Origin: a virus
IMG/VR virus record: IMGVR_UViG_3300007345_000033
Reading direction: 5' to 3' (one strand)
Length of the DNA: 64,000 nucleotides
Shown: piece after piece, positions 9,848-17,716 of the stretch
How positions within the stretch are numbered: the first letter of the stretch is position 1
How the letters are laid out: each line of letters opens with the position of its first letter
The notes under the pieces: generated by a model
Database searches by the model: none
What the model was told of the DNA's origin: nothing
The model's input: the letters and a program-made list of their open reading frames with translations, nothing else
Position numbers and translations under genes: made by a program

Positions 9848-10405
9848 GTGAAACTAATGGTTGTGGGTCATGGTCGTCATGGCAAAGATACAGTATCCGA
9901 AATTCTTCGAGATCACTTTGGATTAACATTTCAAAGTAGTTCTCAGTTTTGTTGTGATTTATTTATTTTTGACGAACTGAAAGATAAGTATGGATACAAA
10001 ACTTCGAAAGAATGTTATGACGACCGCCACAATCATAGATCTGAATGGTTTGATTTGATTTGCGATTATAATAAAAATGATCTGGCCCGTTTGGGTAAGG
10101 CTTTATACGAACAATATGATGTATATTGTGGGTTAAGGAACAAACATGAGTTAGGTTCTTTAAAAAGAACAGGAATTATTGATGCAGTAATTTGGGTTGA
10201 CCGCTCAAAACGAGAACCGCTTGAATCAAATAAAAGTATGACAATAACTAAAGATATGGCCGATTATTGTATTAATAATAACGGAACCCTAGAAGAATTA
10301 CAAGTTAATGTATATAATTTAATGTTTATGCTTTCTTTAGAAAAAGAGATTAATTATGGTATTTACCGAAAAACAACTAAACGAAATAATCGAACTTTTA
10401 ACTGA
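9848..10405 (+). CDS. 1: deoxynucleoside monophosphate kinase (T4 gp1-like)
   Basis: N-terminus MKLMVVGHGRHGKDT parallels T4 gp1 MKLIFLSGVKRSGKDT (Walker A). C-terminal NNNGTLEEL parallels T4 TNDGSLEEL. Confidence 0.65.
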   Translation: MKLMVVGHGRHGKDTVSEILRDHFGLTFQSSSQFCCDLFIFDELKDKYGYKTSKECYDDRHNHRSEWFDLICDYNKNDLARLGKALYEQYDVYCGLRNKHELGSLKRTGIIDAVIWVDRSKREPLESNKSMTITKDMADYCINNNGTLEELQVNVYNLMFMLSLEKEINYGIYRKTTKRNNRTFN

Positions 10406-10862
10406 GTATGATAATAATACAAAAATTTATCTAGGTTGCGATTCTGTGGTAAACAATACTGAAGATAAAAAGAAAATGGGAAAATACGCAACTGTCGCTA
10501 TTATTCATCTAAATGGTAAAAATGGTTGTAAAATCTTCTCAAGCATTTCGTATGAGCCTGATTATGACCTTAAAAAGAATCGTCCAAAAATGCGTATGAT
10601 GAACGAAGTTATGAAAGTTTGCGAATTGTATAATCAATTGGCACCTTTGGTGGATGAGTATGATATTTCTATTCACTTGGATATTAATGAGGATGAAAAA
10701 CATGGATCTTCCTGCGCAATAAAAGAAGCGGCAGGATATGTTCTTGGAGTCACTGGCTTAACCGAAGATAAGATTAAGTTCAAGCCGCATTCTTGGGCAA
10801 GTTCATTCGGCGCTGACCGTGTTGCCAACAAGGGTCATACAGTTTATAGAAAGGCTGCTTGA
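10356..10862 (+). CDS. hypothetical protein
   Basis: 168 aa ORF overlapping the preceding gene. Confidence 0.4.
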   Translation: MVFTEKQLNEIIELLTEYDNNTKIYLGCDSVVNNTEDKKKMGKYATVAIIHLNGKNGCKIFSSISYEPDYDLKKNRPKMRMMNEVMKVCELYNQLAPLVDEYDISIHLDINEDEKHGSSCAIKEAAGYVLGVTGLTEDKIKFKPHSWASSFGADRVANKGHTVYRKAA

Positions 10863-10865
10863 TTT

Positions 10866-11120
10866 ATGAAAGTTAAAGATTTACTAGAACAACTAAATCA
10901 TTATAATGATATTAGTCCTGATATGGAAATCATTATTAGTTGTGACGCCGAAGGAAATAAATATTCACCGCTTTGTCAAGTAGATGACGCATATTATGTG
11001 CCATATTCGTCATGTTCTGGAGATGTTTATTATGAGTATAATCTTCAGGAAGAATATGACGATTATGCTGATGAAATTCGCAGCAATCCATTGGCATTGA
11101 TACTCTATCCTAATAACTAA
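10866..11120 (+). CDS. hypothetical protein (paralog of 1403..1669)
   Basis: Shares the CDAEGNKYSP...YYVPYSSCSGDVYYEYNLQEEYDDY motif with 1403..1669. Confidence 0.45.
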   Translation: MKVKDLLEQLNHYNDISPDMEIIISCDAEGNKYSPLCQVDDAYYVPYSSCSGDVYYEYNLQEEYDDYADEIRSNPLALILYPNN

Positions 11121-11520
11121 AGGAATAAACATGAACAAAAGCAATGTACTAATGTTAAAGCAGATGCTCAAAGAAGCAAACAAACAACTAAAAGAATATA
11201 CTGCTTTTCATGACGAATCAAATATTCTGAAAACTCAAACTGAAATTGAAACTCTACAAAAAGAACTGAAGAAATACGGATGATGTGTGTAAATCAAGAA
11301 TTAATTCAAAACATTTTTAATGTAATGAGTATTACTTCTGAGAAGGCCACTAATTACAAATTAGTTGAAACTCAAAGTCATATTGGACAGGTCTTTTTTC
11401 TAACCTTTGATATGGTAGGATGTACATGCGAAGTTGATGTTACCCCGAAAAATTAATGAAATTCATAAAAACTTCTTTACTTTTTAACCTAAATAAACTA
11501 CAATAATGAAAATTAAATAA

Positions 11521-11606
11521 GGGTGTGCGGTGAAGTTGGAGAGTCGCGGTGGGCTGTAAACCCACCCCTTTATGGTGAGTAGGTTCGAATCCTTCCACAC
11601 CCACCA
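11521..11606 (+). tRNA. tRNA-Tyr (anticodon GTA), type II
   Basis: Acceptor gggtgtg/cacaccc. Anticodon loop ctGTAaa. Long variable arm. T-arm aggttcgaatcct. CCA encoded. Confidence 0.7.
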
Positions 11607-11624
11607 TAATTCTAGGAGGCTAAT

Positions 11625-11807
11625 ATGCATACTATCTATATCCTATTAGGTGGTCATGAATACGAAAGCACTCATGTAATTGCAGTATTTGATGATAAAG
11701 ATTTGGCATATAAAGAATTAGAAGTTGCCAATAAGCAAGAAGAATGTTATGGGTATGACTATTGTTATATCGATAAAAAGGTCTTGAATAAAAGACCGGA
11801 AGTATAA
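11625..11807 (+). CDS. hypothetical small protein
   Basis: RBS taggagg 8 nt upstream of the ATG. Confidence 0.4.
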   Translation: MHTIYILLGGHEYESTHVIAVFDDKDLAYKELEVANKQEECYGYDYCYIDKKVLNKRPEV

Positions 11808-11836
11808 TGCGCCAGTAACGTCGTTAGTCGGAATTT

Positions 11837-11910
11837 GGGGCTGGTCTATGGGTAGCGGTTGATCCTTGCAAGATCGACGTCAGAGGGTTCGATTCCCTCC
11901 AGCTCCACCA
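11837..11910 (+). tRNA. tRNA-Ala (anticodon TGC)
   Basis: Acceptor ggggctg/cagctcc with G3:U70 (Ala identity pair). Anticodon loop ctTGCaa. T-arm gagggttcgattccctc. CCA encoded. Short D-arm. Confidence 0.55.
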
Positions 11911-12110
11911 AACAAAGGGATACCATAATATGGCAACCGGTTGCTGGTATCTAACGACCGAACTCCCTGGCATGGTCTAGTCACCATGTTATAGTTCGGT
12001 CCTCTAATGAGAGGGTAATATTAGGGCATGGTTAGACGGGGCCTTATGGTCTCGTGAGGTGTTATCGCCATCGGGTGAATGTAACGGGGTCTAATCAAAT
12101 TATACTTGGT

Positions 12111-12189
12111 CTGGGCGTAGTTCAGTCTGGTCAGAATGCTCGCCTTGGAAGCGAGTGGTCGGAGGTTCGAATCCTCCCGCCCAGACCAA
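12111..12189 (+). tRNA. tRNA-Pro (anticodon TGG)
   Basis: Acceptor ctgggcg/cgcccag. AC stem ctcgc/gcgag with loop ctTGGaa. T-arm ggaggttcgaatcctcc. CCA encoded. Confidence 0.75.
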
Positions 12190-12202
12190 GTATAATAAAT
12201 TG

Positions 12203-12276
12203 CAGTTGTAGTATAATGGCTATTATGTCTGGCTTCCAACCAGAGGATGAGGGTTCGATTCCCTCCAGCTGCTCCA
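12203..12276 (+). tRNA. tRNA-Gly (anticodon TCC)
   Basis: Acceptor gcagttg/cagctgc. D-arm gtataatggctatta (as in T4 tRNA-Gly). Loop ctTCCaa. T-arm gagggttcgattccctc. Confidence 0.75.
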
Positions 12277-12370
12277 AGGCACGGGTTAGCACACTTAGCC
12301 TCTTAATCGAGGAAGATTGTTCTTTCTAGATAAGTTCAATCAAGGTGGAAAGGGCTAACCCTAAATAAAT

Positions 12371-12446
12371 GCTCGTGTAGCTCAATCGGGAGAGCGTCGG
12401 TCTGTCGAACCGAAGGCAGTGGGATCGAAACCCATCACGAGCGCCA
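12371..12446 (+). tRNA. tRNA-Asp (anticodon GTC)
   Basis: Acceptor gctcgtg/cacgagc. D-arm gctcaatcgggagagc. Loop ctGTCga. CCA encoded. Confidence 0.75.
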
Positions 12447-12452
12447 TTTTAT

Positions 12453-12529
12453 GTTGGCCGTAGCTCAGTTGGTAGAGCGCCAGTTTGTGGTACTGGACGT
12501 CGCGGGTTCGAGCCCCGTCGGTCACCCCA
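12453..12529 (+). tRNA. tRNA-His (anticodon GTG) with extra 5' G(-1)
   Basis: Canonical D-arm gctcagttggtagagc. AC stem ccagt/actgg with loop ttGTGgt. G(-1) opposite C73. One acceptor mismatch. Confidence 0.65.
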
Positions 12530-12544
12530 AATGAAAGTTATGAT

Positions 12545-12913
12545 ATGAACAGTGGTAAATATAAAATTGGAATTGATTATGACTTCTACAAAGAAAGTAT
12601 CTACAAAGTAGAATTTAACGATTTTTTATCTGAACATCATCCAGATAGTCTATTGGAAACCGATGGTTATCAATTGTTCGAGATTCATACCGGTGAATAT
12701 GCCGGTCTTATTTTTGGCGTTAAAAACCTAGAAGTTATTGAGGTCGAAGGTCAGGCCGATGATATGGTAACTTTTGAGTATGATACAATCATTCCTCATA
12801 ACCCATATCCTGGTATAGATACTGGACCTATTGTGGAAGAATATTTGAAGCATTTTGTTTTGAATACTCTTGAAAATGAAGCGAATAGAATGAAAGATTT
12901 AATGCAGGATTAG
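12545..12913 (+). CDS. hypothetical protein
   Basis: Tracked ORF 12485..12913 overlaps tRNA-His. The likely real start is the internal Met (MNSGKYK) after the tRNA. Confidence 0.4.
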   Translation: MNSGKYKIGIDYDFYKESIYKVEFNDFLSEHHPDSLLETDGYQLFEIHTGEYAGLIFGVKNLEVIEVEGQADDMVTFEYDTIIPHNPYPGIDTGPIVEEYLKHFVLNTLENEANRMKDLMQD

Positions 12914-12978
12914 CTCAGGGGTAGAGCGTCTGTTTTACACGCAGAATGTCAGTGGTTCGATTCCACTATCCTGTACCA
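12904..12978 (+). tRNA. tRNA-Val (anticodon TAC)
   Basis: Acceptor gcaggat/atcctgt. D-arm gctcaggggtagagc. Loop ttTACac. CCA encoded. Confidence 0.75.
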
Positions 12979-12982
12979 AATT

Positions 12983-13058
12983 GCTAAGATAGCTCAGTTG
13001 GTAGAGCACCTGATTAAAGATCAGGGTGTCGGAGGTTCGATTCCTCCTTTTAGCACCA
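12983..13058 (+). tRNA. tRNA with anticodon loop ttAAAga (formally Phe-AAA; unusual A34)
   Basis: Canonical cloverleaf: acceptor gctaaga/ttttagc, D gctcagttggtagagc, AC stem cctga/tcagg, T ggaggttcgattcctcc, CCA. Positions 34-36 read AAA. Confidence 0.5.
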
Positions 13059-13181
13059 TATTAAAGGAGTCGGGGCAGGATGGTAATGCAGCGGATTGAA
13101 ATTTCATTTGTATAAATAGTAATGTAGGTCACGATGTTGGCGCATCTACCTACTCTAGAAATACAAAGGGAGATTTCCAGC

Positions 13182-13790
13182 ATGAAACTATTTATTTGTC
13201 AATTCTGCGGCAGGGAAACAACTAATCCTGGTGCCAATAAAAAACATGAGATTGGTTGTAGGAATAACCCAAATTCAAAAATTTGTGGCGGTAATAAAAA
13301 AGGGTATGTTCCTTGGAATACTGGAAAAGTGGGTGTACAAACTGCTTGGAATAAGGGTAAACCTGGAACATTTAGAGGTAAGAAACACACAGCAGAAACC
13401 AAAAGAAAGATGTCTGAGAGCAAAAAAGCATTATACGCTACTGGATGGGAGTGTATCGCTGGAAGATGTCCAAAATATGATTATGAGTCCCCTATTGCCG
13501 GAAAGATAAAGGTAGATGGTAGTTGGGAATTGGCATTTTGTGAATTTGCTGATAAAATGCAATTAAACTGGGAAAGAAATAAAAAACGTTTTCCGTACAC
13601 TAAACCAGATGGAACTAAATCTACGTATCAACCAGATTTCTATGTAAAAGAATTAAAGTCTTATATTGAAGTCAAAGGATATGAAACAGATTTAGATAAG
13701 GCTAAATGGGAACATTTTCCCGAAAATCTGATAGTGCTTCGAAAGAAAGAAATCGGTGGGTTGGATGAGTGGTTTGCTAAACCGTCATAG
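13182..13790 (+). CDS. homing-endonuclease-like protein: NUMOD3 motifs + gp4-like PD-(D/E)XK nuclease domain
   Basis: N-terminal Cys pairs (CQFCG...CRNNP) and NUMOD3-like GKKHTAETKRKMSESKK. C-terminus YQPDFYV...YIEVKG (PD...ExK) aligns with ORF 54493..54939. RBS agggag before the Met at 13182. Confidence 0.55.
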   Translation: MKLFICQFCGRETTNPGANKKHEIGCRNNPNSKICGGNKKGYVPWNTGKVGVQTAWNKGKPGTFRGKKHTAETKRKMSESKKALYATGWECIAGRCPKYDYESPIAGKIKVDGSWELAFCEFADKMQLNWERNKKRFPYTKPDGTKSTYQPDFYVKELKSYIEVKGYETDLDKAKWEHFPENLIVLRKKEIGGLDEWFAKPS

Positions 13791-13806
13791 GATTAAAAGT
13801 TCTATC

Positions 13807-13834
13807 GAGGGTTCGAATCCCTCACTCACCGCCA
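13807..13834 (+). other. tRNA 3'-half fragment (T-arm + acceptor 3' strand + CCA)
   Basis: gagggttcgaatccctc + actcacc + g + cca. The upstream partner ggatgagt forms an acceptor only with a bulge. The inferred anticodon loop would be 9 nt. Confidence 0.4.
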
Positions 13835-13841
13835 AGGTTCA

Positions 13842-13869
13842 CTGGGTTCGACTCCCAGCGGCTCCGCCA
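13842..13869 (+). other. tRNA 3'-half fragment (T-arm + acceptor 3' strand + CCA)
   Basis: ctgggttcgactcccag + cggctcc + g + cca, with no adjacent 5' half. A perfectly complementary ggagtcg lies at 13066..13072 upstream of the HEG-like gene. Confidence 0.4.
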
Positions 13870-13874
13870 AAATT

Positions 13875-13968
13875 GGATGATTAACCAGAGCGGCCTCTGG
13901 ACCTGTCTTGAAAACAGTGTGGTCGGGTTAGAAGCCCGATTGGGGATCGACACCTCAATCATCCGCCA
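13875..13968 (+). tRNA. type II tRNA with selC-like architecture, anticodon loop ctTGAaa (Ser-TGA by anticodon)
   Basis: 8-bp acceptor ggatgatt/aatcatcc. 6-bp D-stem with 4-nt loop (ccagag cggc ctctgg). Long variable hairpin cgggttagaagcccg. T-arm tggggatcgacacctca. G73 + CCA. Confidence 0.45.
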
Positions 13969-14056
13969 ACTTCTAAAATAGGAAAATAGATAATGGAAAC
14001 TGGAGATATAATTCTTGTTTTAATTTTAACATCGGCTATTTTCTATATTATGTTTT

Positions 14057-14131
14057 GGAGCACAGGCTGACTGAGTAGGCGGTGGATTGCAAATCCACAT
14101 TAGGTAGGTTTGATTCCTACGTGTTCCTCCA
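14057..14131 (+). tRNA. tRNA-Cys (anticodon GCA)
   Basis: Acceptor ggagcac/gtgttcc. AC stem gtgga/tccac with loop ttGCAaa. T-arm gtaggtttgattcctac. CCA encoded. Confidence 0.6.
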
Positions 14132-14144
14132 ACATAAAAAACGC

Positions 14145-14173
14145 TTGACTTCGCTTTTGATATAAACTATAAT
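14145..14173 (+). promoter_or_regulatory. sigma70-like early promoter (-35 TTGACT)
   Basis: ttgact 14145..14150. 17-bp spacer. tataat 14168..14173. Leader gtataaattgataagga. Confidence 0.6.
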
Positions 14174-14201
14174 ATGAGTATAAATTGATAAGGAGTGATA
14201 A

Positions 14202-14396
14202 ATGTTTTTCGGTTCGTATAAAGGAACCAGTATCGAAACGTCTTATTCTGTAAGACGAGTTGGGGAACTTTATTACGTTGTTATGTGTTACGAAGATGGA
14301 TCATTTGACGAAGACCAAATTCAAAACGCTCCATCGTTTGATACGTTTGATGATGCATTAAAAGCGGCTCAAGCTCTAAAGGCATTGGAGAATTAA
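14202..14396 (+). CDS. hypothetical small protein
   Basis: Preceded by promoter 14145..14173 and RBS aaggag. Confidence 0.45.
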   Translation: MFFGSYKGTSIETSYSVRRVGELYYVVMCYEDGSFDEDQIQNAPSFDTFDDALKAAQALKALEN

Positions 14397-14401
14397 TAAT
14401 T

Positions 14402-14478
14402 GCCTGTGTAGTCCAATTGGAAGAGATGCTTGATTTAGATTCAAGAGGTTGTGGGTTCGAATCCCACCATGGGCACCA
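14402..14478 (+). tRNA. tRNA with Leu anticodon TAG but short variable arm
   Basis: Acceptor gcctgtg/catgggc. AC stem cttga/tcaag with loop ttTAGat. T-arm gtgggttcgaatcccac. CCA encoded. 5-nt variable loop. Confidence 0.45.
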
Positions 14479-14479
14479 T

Positions 14480-14552
14480 GACTGTACAAGTGGTCTTGAC
14501 AGTGGTTTCATAAGCCACCAGGGATAGTTCGATTCTATCTACAGTCACCAAA
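14480..14552 (+). tRNA. tRNA-Met/Ile2 (anticodon CAT)
   Basis: Acceptor gactgta/tacagtc. AC stem gtggt/gccac with loop ttCATaa. CCA encoded. Confidence 0.6.
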
Positions 14553-14558
14553 TTATGG

Positions 14559-14633
14559 ACCTGTAGCTCAGTTGGACAGAGCGTGTGGCTACGAACCACA
14601 AGGTCGAGGGTTCGAATCCTTCCAGGTTCACCA
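14559..14633 (+). tRNA. tRNA-Arg (anticodon ACG)
   Basis: Acceptor ggacctg/caggttc. D-arm gctcagttggacagagc. Loop ctACGaa. T-arm gagggttcgaatccttc. CCA encoded. Confidence 0.75.
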
Positions 14634-14692
14634 AATAAAATCAGATACATAGAGTGTCTGTATAAGTAAAATACTAAAGGAGTTTTAGTAAG

Positions 14693-15760
14693 ATGAGTAA
14701 AAAAGAATTTGACCTGTTGGTCTTTATCGGTCGTTTTCAACCATTTCATAATGGACATCAGGCCGTTATTGATGAAGCTCTAAAGAGAGCGGACGAAGTA
14801 TTAGTTATCATTGGTTCATGTGGTGGACCAAGAACAATACGAAATCCATTTACATACGGAGAACGACATGCGATGATTCGTGCATCCAATGATGATGCTT
14901 ACGAAGATGGTCGTTTATGTATTGATGGTGTGGATGATTATCCATATAATGACAGTAAATGGCTATCAGAAATTCAATTGATTATTGATGATGATACTAA
15001 CCTTTCTAATTGTAATCGTAATCTAAATAACCTTGACAATCCTAAATGGATTAAGAAGGTCGGGTTGATCGGTCATTCAAAAGATAATACTTCATACTAT
15101 TTGAAAATGTTCCCAGGAATGGATTCGGTTGCAGTTTCTGATTACAAAGGCATCAATGCAACTAACATTCGTGAAGACTTGCTATCCTTCCCCAATGAAA
15201 AATATTACAAACGTGATATGCCAAATCCTGCACAAAAAGTGATTGAGAATATTATCAATAAAGACTATTGGGCACTTTTAAAGCAAGAATATGAAATGAT
15301 CCAAGAGTATAAGGATTCATGGAAATATGCACCTTATCCTCCTACATTCGTTACCACTGATGCGGTAGTAATTCAATCTGGACACATTCTACTTGTACGC
15401 CGAGGTCATGCACCAGGAATTGGTCAATGGGCTTTGCCTGGCGGATTTTTAAATCAAACAGAAACTCTACTTGACGGATGTATTCGAGAACTGCGAGAAG
15501 AAACTCGTTTGAAAGTTCCTGCACCAGTATTGAAAGGTTCTATCAAGGGACAACATACGTTTGATGACCCAAATCGTTCATCACGTGGACGCACTATCAC
15601 TAATGCTTTTTACTTTGAATTAACACCTATGGAAGAATTACCAAAGGTCAAGGGTTCAGATGATGCAATTGAAGCCAAATGGTTTAAATTGAGTGAACTG
15701 GATAGTAAGGTGATGTTTGAGGATCACTACGGAATTATTGACTACTTTGTTGGTCTTTAA
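14693..15760 (+). CDS. natV: bifunctional NMN adenylyltransferase / Nudix hydrolase (NadM-Nudix, NatV-like)
   Basis: N-terminal nucleotidyltransferase signature LVFIGRFQPFHNGH. C-terminal Nudix box GFLNQTETLLDGCIRELREETRL (GX5EX7REUXEEXGU). Confidence 0.8.
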   Translation: MSKKEFDLLVFIGRFQPFHNGHQAVIDEALKRADEVLVIIGSCGGPRTIRNPFTYGERHAMIRASNDDAYEDGRLCIDGVDDYPYNDSKWLSEIQLIIDDDTNLSNCNRNLNNLDNPKWIKKVGLIGHSKDNTSYYLKMFPGMDSVAVSDYKGINATNIREDLLSFPNEKYYKRDMPNPAQKVIENIINKDYWALLKQEYEMIQEYKDSWKYAPYPPTFVTTDAVVIQSGHILLVRRGHAPGIGQWALPGGFLNQTETLLDGCIRELREETRLKVPAPVLKGSIKGQHTFDDPNRSSRGRTITNAFYFELTPMEELPKVKGSDDAIEAKWFKLSELDSKVMFEDHYGIIDYFVGL

Positions 15761-15810
15761 TAAAAATCCTAACAAAGAGTTAGGTAACATAAACTTTAGA
15801 GGAGTTCTAA

Positions 15811-17127
15811 ATGAAACAATCAATTTTATTGAATACTGATAGCTATAAAGCATCAATGTTTGTACAATATCCACCAAAAACCGAGGCGGTATATTCTTAT
15901 ATTGAATCTCGTGATGGAAAATATAATGAGCTAGTATTCTTTGGCCTACAGGCTTTTATTAAAGAATACTTGTCAGATCCAATTACACAAGAAGATATTG
16001 ACGAAGCAGAAGCAATTTGGACTGCACATGGAGAACCTTTCAACCGTTCTGGTTGGGAGTATATCCTAAATGAACATGATGGATATTTGCCAGTGGAAAT
16101 CAAGGCTGTTCCCGAAGGAATGCCAGTCGCTATTCATGATGTGATGCTCACTATTGAAAACACAGACCCAAATTGCTTTTGGTTGACTACTTATCTTGAG
16201 ACCGCACTTCTTCGTGCTATCTGGTATCCAACTACAGTTGCTACCAACTCGCGAGAAATTAAGAAGCTGATCGCAAGTTATATGGATAAGACTTCTGATA
16301 GCCGTGAAGGATTGGTGTTTAAACTCCATGACTTTGGTGCAAGAGGAGTGTCGTCAAATGAAAGCGCAATGCTTGGTGGTATGTCACACTTGATTAACTT
16401 CATGGGTACAGATACCATTGTTGCCACTCTTGGTGCCAGAAAATACTATGGCGCAGATATGGCTGGATTTTCTATTCCGGCGGCTGAACACTCTACTATC
16501 ACTTCGTGGGGTAAAGAGAATGAAGTCGAAGCATATCGCAATATGGTAAAACAGTTTGGTAAACCTGGAGCGTTAGTGGCAGTGGTATCGGATAGCTATG
16601 ATATCTATAATGCCGTGGAAAATCTCTGGGGCGAAAAACTAAGGCAAGAAGTTATTGATTCAGGTGCGACAGTTGTTGTTCGCCCCGACTCTGGTATTCC
16701 TTGGAAAGTTGTCCGTGATACCGTTAAACTTTTAGATAAGAAATATGGGAGTACAAAAAACTCAAAGGGATATCGTGTGTTAAATAACGTCCGTGTAATT
16801 CAGGGTGATGGTGTTGATTATGAGGCTATTGATAAAATTCTACAGACACTATTCGTCAATAGGTATTCTGCCGATAATGTGGCATTTGGTATGGGTGCAA
16901 ACCTTTTAAGTACATCTCAAAGAGATGATCAGAAGTTTGCCATGAAGTGTTCTGCTGCAAAGGTTGATGGCGTATGGCGAGACGTATTCAAAGACCCTAT
17001 TACCGATCCTGGTAAGAAGTCTAAAAAAGGTCGATTTGATGATCCAAGACTTAAGCGTGTATTCTATAATGGAAAACTTGTTCGTGAAACCACTTTTGAT
17101 GAGGTTCGACAAAATGCCATGCTATAA
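15811..17127 (+). CDS. nadV: nicotinamide phosphoribosyltransferase (NadV/NAMPT-like)
   Basis: 438 aa. N-terminus LLNTDSYK. Conserved FGARGVSS, GTDT and AAEHST segments characteristic of NAMPT. Adjacent to the NMNAT gene, as in the vibriophage KVP40 NAD salvage pair. Confidence 0.8.
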   Translation: MKQSILLNTDSYKASMFVQYPPKTEAVYSYIESRDGKYNELVFFGLQAFIKEYLSDPITQEDIDEAEAIWTAHGEPFNRSGWEYILNEHDGYLPVEIKAVPEGMPVAIHDVMLTIENTDPNCFWLTTYLETALLRAIWYPTTVATNSREIKKLIASYMDKTSDSREGLVFKLHDFGARGVSSNESAMLGGMSHLINFMGTDTIVATLGARKYYGADMAGFSIPAAEHSTITSWGKENEVEAYRNMVKQFGKPGALVAVVSDSYDIYNAVENLWGEKLRQEVIDSGATVVVRPDSGIPWKVVRDTVKLLDKKYGSTKNSKGYRVLNNVRVIQGDGVDYEAIDKILQTLFVNRYSADNVAFGMGANLLSTSQRDDQKFAMKCSAAKVDGVWRDVFKDPITDPGKKSKKGRFDDPRLKRVFYNGKLVRETTFDEVRQNAML

Positions 17128-17246
17128 AAACACAAAATCAAAAAATATGTTGTTTGGATGGTCAAAGTTTGGAAATTAAATTGGAAAATCAAAGTAAACC
17201 AAAAGTATAAATAGAAGTATGACATAAACATCTAGGAAGGAAACGT

Positions 17247-17456
17247 ATGACTCTTCTAGAGACTATACTTGCTTGTACTCTACTTTGGGTTTATTACATA
17301 GGTGGGGTTGCAATATCTAATTTGTTGCAATTTCCACCTGATTATGAAGGGGAAAGGCCAAATGGTTTGTATTTCGTATTTTGGCCTTTGGTTTTGACGA
17401 TTGAGTTGTTTATGTTATTCGTAATCAATCCTGGTCATGGAGATGATGAAGAATAA
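17247..17456 (+). CDS. small membrane protein
   Basis: Two hydrophobic segments. ATGTCA overlap with the next gene. Confidence 0.35.
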   Translation: MTLLETILACTLLWVYYIGGVAISNLLQFPPDYEGERPNGLYFVFWPLVLTIELFMLFVINPGHGDDEE

Positions 17457-17707
17457 TGTCAGCCAGATTCAGAAATAAATCGATGTTGACCGAAAGAGTA
17501 AGAACTCTGGAGTTTAAGAACTATTCTCAGTTAGATTTTGATATAAAATATCATGCTTTTGAAAATGGGGAAATTACACTGGAGGATGCATTTCCTGATA
17601 TTTCTGTCGAAGCTCAAGAATTTATTCTTTACGGAACAACCCGTCAAGAATGGGAAGATCTTAATAAAACTCCTGAAAGATCAGATTTTATCAGTGTGAC
17701 GACTTAA
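17456..17707 (+). CDS. hypothetical protein
   Basis: Coupled ORF. Confidence 0.3.
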   Translation: MSARFRNKSMLTERVRTLEFKNYSQLDFDIKYHAFENGEITLEDAFPDISVEAQEFILYGTTRQEWEDLNKTPERSDFISVTT

Positions 17708-17716
17708 TACGTCCGC

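Noticed and set aside
12021-12329. ORFs 12021..12239 (-) and 12054..12329 (+)
   Set aside because: They lie entirely over tRNA-Pro and tRNA-Gly and a structured spacer. There is no RBS. They are artefacts of tRNA sequence.
13795-13970. Prophage attachment site / integrase target explanation for the tRNA 3' fragments
   Set aside because: No integrase gene is present in the window, and the genome is T4-like and lytic. Homing-endonuclease activity or tRNA duplication is the more parsimonious explanation. It is kept only as context in the findings.
14281-14758. ORFs 14281..14511 (-) and 14441..14758 (-)
   Set aside because: They are antisense to three well-formed tRNAs and to the start of the NMNAT gene. 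They are not coding.
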